From NCBI GenBank assembly GCA_016934855.1, contig JAFGSA010000003.1, positions 1,654 to 65,653 on the forward strand: DNA of 64,000 nt, read 5' to 3'. The stretch comes from Elusimicrobiota bacterium. Lineage in GTDB: Bacteria; CG03; SLGR01; JAFGSA01. A program made the position numbers and the translations under genes. Shown here piece after piece: positions 57,319-64,000 of the stretch; the first letter of the stretch is position 1; every line of letters begins with the position of its first letter. A model generated the notes under the pieces. That model did not search any database. It had not been told where the DNA came from and worked only from the letters and a program-made list of their open reading frames with translations.

Positions 57319-58973
57319 GTATTCCCTTTTCCCCTGGACTTGATATAGCTTGCATGCGCCATTTTCAGGACGGCCCTGGAAGCCTCCCTTTTCACCATGT
57401 CGTCATCGTCCTTGAGGGCTTTTCTCAGTATCTCCATGGCTTCCGTGTCCTGTATCTGTCCCAGTATCCTGGCTCCTTTAAGCCTCACCTGGGATGAGGC
57501 ATCCCTGAGTGATTTCCTGATCAGATACATCTGATCCGAATCATTGTAATTACGTATGCCCTCCAGAGCATAATACCTTTCCAGGCTGGATCTTGACGTT
57601 ATTTTTTCATTAAGAATATCTTTTACTTCTCCCTTCCCGGTCTTCCCGATGCACGGGATGAGATATGTCCTGAGATGCTCGGGCGCGCGGTTATACATGT
57701 CCCATATCATTTCGCTTAAAGTTCCCAGCCTGCTTTCGGAGAGTTTTTCCGCTATTTTGCTCACGGAAAGTACGCATTCTTTCATTACATAACTGATGTT
57801 CTCTGATTCGAACAGCCGGCATATTATCCTTACCGCCTCTTCAGAAGGGATACCGGAAAGCGCATCTACGGCCTTCCTCCTGAACACGGGATTAGGATCG
57901 CGAACGAGCTCTTTGAGTTCTTCTATCACCGTCCTGTCACCCAGCCGGCTCCTGGTCAGGGATGCTTCGGTTTTCAGCCACCTGCCTGAATCTGCGGGTA
58001 TATCCTTGAGGTACTTCAGCCCGTCGGGATGCCCGATGTTGCCGATGCTCCTTACCGCCATCACGGACACGTAGGGATTCCCGTCATTTACCATGCGGCC
58101 TATCATATCAAGCCTGCGGGAGCCGCCTATATAACCAACCGCCTCTACTGCGCGCGTCCTGAGATGCGGGTTCCCGTGATTTACATACCTGGCAATGACT
58201 TCTTCCGAGGGGAGATACCTGAGCCTCCCCAGGGAAAATATTATGCTTTTTTTCAGCATCACCGGGATATCCCCGTCCAGTACCTGCTGCAGTATCTTTC
58301 CGTAATGTACAAGACCGCTCTCCCCCATAGCCTCTATGACGGTCCTCCTGACATGCAGTGGAACCTTGCCGTCGAGTATGAATTCCTTTACCGGCACGGG
58401 AAGGAATTTCAAGTCGTCAGGGGTCAGGAACACATTCCCCTTCCTATATATATTCCTGGAAGCCTCCTTCAGATACGTAGCGTATTCGGCAACCTGCTCC
58501 ACGGTGTTAAAACCCTCCCTGTACGATGAAAAAGCCGCTCCGCATATCCCCATGAGATCGAACCTGGCACGCTCTCCTTTCCTGTCCCATCCCACTATAA
58601 AACCCCTCGATACGTCCGGCTGCATATAAAAACTGTTCCTTATATCGGAGAACTCCCTGTCCAGCCCCGTGAACAAGGTACTGCAGTATTCCCCCTCGGT
58701 AATAATAATGAAATCGTCGCCGCCTATATGACCCAGGAAAGAGCTTTCACCGCATATGTCCGCGCACAGCTTTTTCAGAAGTCCCGCAAGTCTGAGGATT
58801 ACATTGTCCCCCGCGGCGAAACCATAAACTTCATTGTAAGGTTTGAAATTTATTATATCCAGGTATACTATCATTTTATCCCTGGCATCAAGAGCGTATC
58901 CTATTCGCCTTTTTATCTCCCTGTTTCCGGGAAGGCCGGTTAGAGGGTTGAGGTCCAGGCTGTCAATTTTCAT
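57315..58973 (-). CDS. GGDEF-domain protein fused to HEAT repeats
   Basis: NPLTGLPGN, YLDIINFKPYNEVYGF..GD, GHIGGDDF; then multiple HEAT/PBS-lyase repeats (VRRTVIEAMG, LRTRAVEAVG, VRLKGARILG). Confidence 0.85.
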   Translation of the reverse strand: MKIDSLDLNPLTGLPGNREIKRRIGYALDARDKMIVYLDIINFKPYNEVYGFAAGDNVILRLAGLLKKLCADICGESSFLGHIGGDDFIIITEGEYCSTLFTGLDREFSDIRNSFYMQPDVSRGFIVGWDRKGERARFDLMGICGAAFSSYREGFNTVEQVAEYATYLKEASRNIYRKGNVFLTPDDLKFLPVPVKEFILDGKVPLHVRRTVIEAMGESGLVHYGKILQQVLDGDIPVMLKKSIIFSLGRLRYLPSEEVIARYVNHGNPHLRTRAVEAVGYIGGSRRLDMIGRMVNDGNPYVSVMAVRSIGNIGHPDGLKYLKDIPADSGRWLKTEASLTRSRLGDRTVIEELKELVRDPNPVFRRKAVDALSGIPSEEAVRIICRLFESENISYVMKECVLSVSKIAEKLSESRLGTLSEMIWDMYNRAPEHLRTYLIPCIGKTGKGEVKDILNEKITSRSSLERYYALEGIRNYNDSDQMYLIRKSLRDASSQVRLKGARILGQIQDTEAMEILRKALKDDDDMVKREASRAVLKMAHASYIKSRGKGNT

Positions 58974-60459
58974 CAAGCAACTCCAGTATGCCGCTCTCTC
59001 TTCTTACCTCGGAATTCCTGTTGAAACCCGAATAGATCTTTTTCAGGAAGACATGCGGAGCGGGATTAAAAGGGCTCCTGTATACATATTCGAGAAAATA
59101 CCGTTCGGCTTCGGCATACTTTTTCTGGTTGTAAAGAATCTCTCCTATATAAAGGTACGGAGGGCAGTATGAGCTATTGGAGCCTACCGCTTCAAGGAGT
59201 TCCTTCATGGCATTTTCGGAATCCCCGAGAGCGATCCGGACCCTGGCAAGCCTGTTGAGCACGACGGCGTTACCGGGATCTTTCTTCAGGGCATCCTCAT
59301 ATTTCTTGACAGCCAGATCATACCTTCCTGATTCGCTGAAACGATCCGCCACCCTGATGTCGGTATATGCCTCTTCTGACACCCATTCCGTGAGCGCGTT
59401 TACCGGGTCTTCGTCAAAAGCATAACTGGGGCCTCCGGCGCCGGGCAGTATATCCATGGTCCTGCTTGAAATATATTTCTTCCATTCCCCGTTGATATCT
59501 TCGATCTTCCTGCCGTATACTTCTTCGAAAGCCCGGCCCGGCTCCGTTGCCATGAGCTTGCGCAGATAAGTCCTCATCTTATCCCAGCCGTATTGCTCTA
59601 TTATGTAATCCGTTACCGACTGAACCTGTGCGAACGCCAGCGCAACCTCGTCCTTGCTTTCAAGGGTCGGCATACCGTGTTTCATCTTTTCGAACTCTAT
59701 CCACCCGCCGGAGTCCCTCCCTTTTACGAGATAGTTAATATCAACCGGGTCAAGCTCTCCTTTTTCCTTCCGCCAGACCACTTCGTTATACTTGGCGAGC
59801 CCCTCGTTGAGCCATAAGGGCATGTTCTCGAGGCCCGTGATCTTCGCTATAGCATAATGGATATATTCGTGCACCACCGTATCCACCCACGAGTATCCGA
59901 ATTTAAGTATTCTCGGCGAAGCTACCATTATCCTGTTGAATTTGCATATGCCTATCGCGCCCGATACTTTTATCTGCTGGTCTGTGAGGGTAGAGGCCGT
60001 CTTAAAACTCTCCCTGGAAGGATATATCTCGATAAGGATTTTTTCGCCCGGTTCATAGCCGAACCTGTCCCTGACTTTCTCCGCCGCAGCGTCGACAATA
60101 CCGGCCAGGTACATGGCGAGTATCCTGTCCTTCCCCGTGAACCTAATACTGAAATATTCTGTCTCGGCTGTCTCGAATTTACGGGAAGTCTCCAGGATGC
60201 TCGAGGTGAGTGCCGCCCAGCCGGCTGATTTTCCGGGACTGCCCGCGAAATATCCGTCAGCCTTTTCGTAGTCCCCCATAAAAAAACTATAAAGGCCCTG
60301 GATGTACCCGTCAGGCTCTTTCATGGATTCTATCGCCCGGGCGGCTTCCGGCATCATCCACCTGAAGATGAGTCTTTCAGCGTCTTCCGTGGCAGCGTAT
60401 GCTCCCGAGGCGGATATAATGACAAATACCAGCAGTATTTTTACGGTATCCGGGATCAT
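58963..60459 (-). CDS. Secreted peptidase MA-like metallopeptidase with TPR repeats
   Basis: Signal peptide; HEYIH..PLWLNEGLA; C-terminal TPRs. Confidence 0.85.
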   Translation of the reverse strand: MIPDTVKILLVFVIISASGAYAATEDAERLIFRWMMPEAARAIESMKEPDGYIQGLYSFFMGDYEKADGYFAGSPGKSAGWAALTSSILETSRKFETAETEYFSIRFTGKDRILAMYLAGIVDAAAEKVRDRFGYEPGEKILIEIYPSRESFKTASTLTDQQIKVSGAIGICKFNRIMVASPRILKFGYSWVDTVVHEYIHYAIAKITGLENMPLWLNEGLAKYNEVVWRKEKGELDPVDINYLVKGRDSGGWIEFEKMKHGMPTLESKDEVALAFAQVQSVTDYIIEQYGWDKMRTYLRKLMATEPGRAFEEVYGRKIEDINGEWKKYISSRTMDILPGAGGPSYAFDEDPVNALTEWVSEEAYTDIRVADRFSESGRYDLAVKKYEDALKKDPGNAVVLNRLARVRIALGDSENAMKELLEAVGSNSSYCPPYLYIGEILYNQKKYAEAERYFLEYVYRSPFNPAPHVFLKKIYSGFNRNSEVRRESGILELLDEN

Positions 60460-60466
60460 CCCCTGG

Positions 60467-61966
60467 CTAGAATATTCCCAGGCCGACGCCGAACATGTAT
60501 ACGGAAAAAAAGATAAAGACGACAGTATTTATGACTTTCACTGTTTTATAATGACTCTTCCCGAAATCCTCTATCCTGCGCGAATGCACCCCCCAGAAAA
60601 ATACCAGAAAGATAACCAGAAGAGGGATTATGAACATGAAGCTGTAGAGAAGCAGGTACATCACCGCCGCGTATCTTGTGGCTGCCGCCTGCAGCATGTA
60701 TAGAATAGTGGGCAGATATATCTGCCCCGTACATGCGAGTTCCAGCACGGATATTACAGCCCCGGTAAAGAACGAAAACAGCACGAAATATCTCATCTTT
60801 GCATGTTTCTCGAATACCCGGTATATCATCATCCTGAGATTATCGGGTACTCTTAAAAACATCCCGCCTTCTTTCTTCAAAGAAAAAAAGTCCTTTAAAC
60901 TGAACAATGCCAGGAGCAGCGTTATGACTCCTATGAAAAGATAAAGAACCCTGGTTAGAAGCGACACTCCTTTAACGGCATACAGCACTTTTGCCAGCCC
61001 CAGCCCCAGGAGAAAATACGCGGAAAATATTCCCATAGAGAACGATATCCCGGTAAGAAAGATTTCTTTCCTGCTCTTTTTTATTATTATCGACATATAC
61101 GATATCATGAAAATTATCGCCGCAAATGCGCACGGGTTAAATCCGTCTACGAGTCCCGCCCCCAGTATAGGCAGAACTCCGAGAGACCTGTGCTTTTTTT
61201 CAGCCGTTCCGGCAGCGCCGCCCGCCAGGATACGGACCCTTTCCCCGGGAGTATACGAGAGAACCGCCTCCTTCAGATCCCTGTCGATATCCCTTCTGCC
61301 TCCCAGTATCCTTTTTCCCACGAATATTACCGGTATCCTGTTACCGGACGAATTGTATCTCTTTTCCCAAAGGATAAGTTTCTCGTAGTTCTTCTTGTCG
61401 CTGAGCGAATATTCCGTTACTTTTATCCTGCATCGGTTCTTTTCCGCCATTGAAGGGATCGTTTTTTCCTTCAGCTTCTGGCAGTATTTGCAACCCGGTG
61501 TCGTAAAAATGTAAAGTTCAACGGTCTTCTCATCCTCTGCCGGACGCGCATGTCTGTTTATCCTGCTTTTTCCTTCCGCTTTTTTCGACGGTTTGCTTTC
61601 GATATAGGCTTCGATGACCCAAGAGAGGTGCGGAAAATCGGGATCATTCGTATCAAGGAAAACATAGTCCGTCTTCTTCCCGCTTTCGCCCTTTGTATCG
61701 AATAATATCCTGAGATACGTTTCGGCGCCGGGTTTTATTTCGGCTTTTTCGGGTTTGACGGATATGCATTCGCAGGAAGACCTGGCCGATAAGGAAAGGC
61801 CGTCTTCCCCTGCGTTCTTTATCGACAGATCCTTTCTGAAACGCTTCCCCTCTTTTACGTTTCCGAGATCCCAGCTGGCTTCAGACAGGCGGATCCTGGG
61901 ATTCGCCGGCAGTTTATCTGCCGAGACCAACAGCGCCAGTAAGAAGAAAACAGCGGTTTTTTTCAC
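60467..61966 (-). CDS. DUF1573 (Ig-like) + glutaredoxin-like + CcdA/DsbD-like membrane domain fusion
   Basis: Signal peptide; WDLGNV..SSCECIS..TNDP; FTTPGCKYC..IPVIFVG; GLVDGFNPCAFA and LELACTGQIYLP in about 6 TM segments. Confidence 0.82.
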   Translation of the reverse strand: MKKTAVFFLLALLVSADKLPANPRIRLSEASWDLGNVKEGKRFRKDLSIKNAGEDGLSLSARSSCECISVKPEKAEIKPGAETYLRILFDTKGESGKKTDYVFLDTNDPDFPHLSWVIEAYIESKPSKKAEGKSRINRHARPAEDEKTVELYIFTTPGCKYCQKLKEKTIPSMAEKNRCRIKVTEYSLSDKKNYEKLILWEKRYNSSGNRIPVIFVGKRILGGRRDIDRDLKEAVLSYTPGERVRILAGGAAGTAEKKHRSLGVLPILGAGLVDGFNPCAFAAIIFMISYMSIIIKKSRKEIFLTGISFSMGIFSAYFLLGLGLAKVLYAVKGVSLLTRVLYLFIGVITLLLALFSLKDFFSLKKEGGMFLRVPDNLRMMIYRVFEKHAKMRYFVLFSFFTGAVISVLELACTGQIYLPTILYMLQAAATRYAAVMYLLLYSFMFIIPLLVIFLVFFWGVHSRRIEDFGKSHYKTVKVINTVVFIFFSVYMFGVGLGIF

Positions 61967-61987
61967 TTTTTTCCGCCTGAACGGCGC

Positions 61988-63379
61988 CTACTTGATAAGA
62001 ATGCTTTTCGCTTTTTCCTTGAGCTTGTTATTATATTCATCCACGATGCTCCTGCCTTCGCTGTCATCAGGGACGTCCTTGATGAGCAGCACCTGCTCGT
62101 GCTCGTAGGACTTTATGCTGTTGTTTTTATCCAGTTTCAGCGTGATTTTACCCACCCTGTGACCGTTCGCGCCGGCCTGAACGATAAGAGTGTCTCCGAT
62201 CTTGACAGGATCCTTGTGAAGCGTCTGCGAATGCCCGCCGATTATTATGTCTATTCCTTCGACTTCAGACGCTATCTTCCTGTCCTGCTCGTCCCCGGAA
62301 TGAGACAGAAGTACTACTATGTCCGCGTTTTTCCTCATATGCGGCACATTGCCGGCTATGGTCTCCATGAGGCTCTTGAACTTAACTCCCTCTATCCTGT
62401 CTTTCGGGAAAAGGACAAATATGTCGGGATTTATCACGCTCAACACGGCTATCCTGGCTTCCCCCGCTTCGAATATATCGTACCCCTTAGCCAGGTCCCA
62501 GCATGTTTTGTCGTCGCAGACGCTAATATTGGCGCACAGATAGGGCAGCCGAGATATGTTCTTTTCCAGGAATTTTCTTCCCATGATGAACTCCTGGTCT
62601 CCTATCCCTATGGCGTTGTAATCCATCATGGCCATCATCCTGATGACATATTCCGCCTGGAGATCGTTCTGCCTTACCGAGAAATTGTCGCCGCAATCGA
62701 TAAAGAGCGCTTCGGGATCCTTCTTCCTTATATCTTTTAATACCGTCATCCTTCTGACAAGCCCGCCGAACGGGTTTTCCGGACAATTACAGGATTCCAG
62801 ATATCCGTTGGCGCTGTTCGTGTATACGATCGTGACCGTCCTGGATTTTTTTACCGCGATTTCTTCCTTTTTCAGGGATTCTATGGTATCGGCGAGTACT
62901 TCGTCAACGTGCTCGGTATAACCCTTCAGGTGTTTCCTTATCCTCCCCTGTTTTCCTATCACGAATATCTGCGGTATCTCGGCCCTGCCGCTCCTCACAA
63001 CCCCGTAATTTGTTCCCGCCTTCCACCCCGAAGGATCCGACAGAACCGGGACTTTAAGAGAATTTCCGGATATGAAATCTTTAAGGGCCGCAGGATTGTC
63101 GTCCAGGGATATCATCCTTATCTTCACGCTGTTGTCTTTTAAGTACCTTTCATACAGCTTATTCATATAGGGTATCTCTTTCTTGCACGGCTCGCAGTTC
63201 GTATCGAAAAAACCGAGTACCACTATATTCCCGCTGCCCTTGAGATCGTCAAGAGACACCTTGCCGGCGGGATACTGGTCTATCTTGAATACAGGAGCAT
63301 CCTGCCCGATCTCAAGGGCCGGAAGGCTGCTCGATAAGGCAAGAATGAATCCTGTTATTATAAGGGCTGTCCTCTTCAT
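61988..63379 (-). CDS. TlpA-like redoxin fused to an UshA-like (5'-nucleotidase N-terminal fold) domain with CxC
   Basis: Signal peptide; FFDTNCEPC; YTNSANGYLESCNCPENPFGGLVRR, IDCGD, IGDQE, LLSH, IIGGHSQ. Confidence 0.82.
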   Translation of the reverse strand: MKRTALIITGFILALSSSLPALEIGQDAPVFKIDQYPAGKVSLDDLKGSGNIVVLGFFDTNCEPCKKEIPYMNKLYERYLKDNSVKIRMISLDDNPAALKDFISGNSLKVPVLSDPSGWKAGTNYGVVRSGRAEIPQIFVIGKQGRIRKHLKGYTEHVDEVLADTIESLKKEEIAVKKSRTVTIVYTNSANGYLESCNCPENPFGGLVRRMTVLKDIRKKDPEALFIDCGDNFSVRQNDLQAEYVIRMMAMMDYNAIGIGDQEFIMGRKFLEKNISRLPYLCANISVCDDKTCWDLAKGYDIFEAGEARIAVLSVINPDIFVLFPKDRIEGVKFKSLMETIAGNVPHMRKNADIVVLLSHSGDEQDRKIASEVEGIDIIIGGHSQTLHKDPVKIGDTLIVQAGANGHRVGKITLKLDKNNSIKSYEHEQVLLIKDVPDDSEGRSIVDEYNNKLKEKAKSILIK

Positions 63380-63459
63380 CGGTTTCTCCTTTTTACCACT
63401 TCTGCCATACTCCGCAATATAACGGATTTCATTCCCCCGGGATGTAATTTCATACTACT

Positions 63460-63999
63460 TTATTCTCCGAACTGCTCGGAGAAGGCCACGGCTATCTTCT
63501 GCGCAGCAAGCGGCAGCTCTTTACCGCTGGAGCATTCTTCCGACTCTGCTCCCACTATCTCGCCCGTCTCGACATCGACCAGGCTGACGTTGATATAATA
63601 CGTCTCCAGGAACTTGGAGAAAGACCCTACAGCCATATATTTTACGTTGAGTATTTTACCCATCTGTACGGCGCACTCCTCGCTCGTGCACCCGGTGACC
63701 TGGAAGCTCTGTTCCTCCAGTATTCTTTCCATATTCTGCCTGTCGAGCACTTTGAAAGACTGCGTTCTTACGAGTTCCGTCCTTATGAAGTCCGATACGA
63801 TGGCGGCGTCCATGGCGGAAACGTTCTTCCCGTCCAGTTCCGCTACCGCTATATTGAGAAGTTCGCCGGGTTTCTTCTTCATCTTAACGGCTTTTGCAGT
63901 TTTTGTTTCTTCTTTAGGCTCTTTCCTTACCCTGGCTTTCTCTTCGACCGGCATCCCGAATTTCACACCGCCGCCCACCCTGTGAGTGGCCCCCAGGAC
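63460..63999 (-). CDS. C-terminal part of a PorV/PorQ-like barrel fused to a CsgG-like domain (5' end outside the window)
   Basis: Frame is open to the window edge: VLGATHRVGGGVKFG; then IAVAEL..VLDRQNMERILEEQSFQVTGCTSEECAVQMGKILNV..VDVETGEI. Confidence 0.75.
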   Translation of the reverse strand, partial: VLGATHRVGGGVKFGMPVEEKARVRKEPKEETKTAKAVKMKKKPGELLNIAVAELDGKNVSAMDAAIVSDFIRTELVRTQSFKVLDRQNMERILEEQSFQVTGCTSEECAVQMGKILNVKYMAVGSFSKFLETYYINVSLVDVETGEIVGAESEECSSGKELPLAAQKIAVAFSEQFGE

Positions 64000-64000
64000 T

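Noticed and set aside
60467..63379. Selenocysteine recoding in the UshA-like and DUF1573 redox motifs
   Set aside because: The motif codons are TGT/TGC and the ORFs have no in-frame TGA.

Overview
A gene-dense chromosomal segment from a diderm bacterium (lnt, an Omp85-family gene, several lipoproteins and outer-membrane barrels). The PorV/PorQ-like barrel fused to a CsgG-like domain suggests Elusimicrobiota or a related lineage, but that is inference only. The window appears to span the replication terminus. A near-perfect 28-bp XerCD dif site lies at 24470-24497 in a ~1.4-kb intergenic gap. Genes to its left are mostly on the + strand and genes to its right almost all on the - strand, and the KOPS-like octamers found by eye point toward it. 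The left arm holds two tandem ATP-grasp genes coupled to cobO, a LolA-like/redoxin/beta-propeller gene and metF, followed by lipoproteins, thyX, signalling genes, a radical SAM-HhH gene, TlpA, OmpA, H-NOX and dCMP deaminase. The right arm holds two putative outer-membrane proteins, a ferritin-like gene, prfB (programmed +1 frameshift), lnt, secA, a short uvrC, murJ, cstA, a peptidase-propeller-Omp85 gene, the rpsA-ispH-plsC-cmk-aroA-tyrA-aroF-hisC-pheA-scpB-scpA-trpS block, a tRNA nucleotidyltransferase, a GGDEF-HEAT fusion and an extracytoplasmic thiol-redox cassette. The best candidates for uncharacterised systems are the redox cassette (60.5-63.4 kb), the tandem ATP-grasp operon (0-6.4 kb), four heptamer-periodic intergenic elements and several small ORFs missing from the ORF track. 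I saw no tRNA, rRNA, CRISPR array or intact mobile element. All calls come from reading motifs; no database searches were run.
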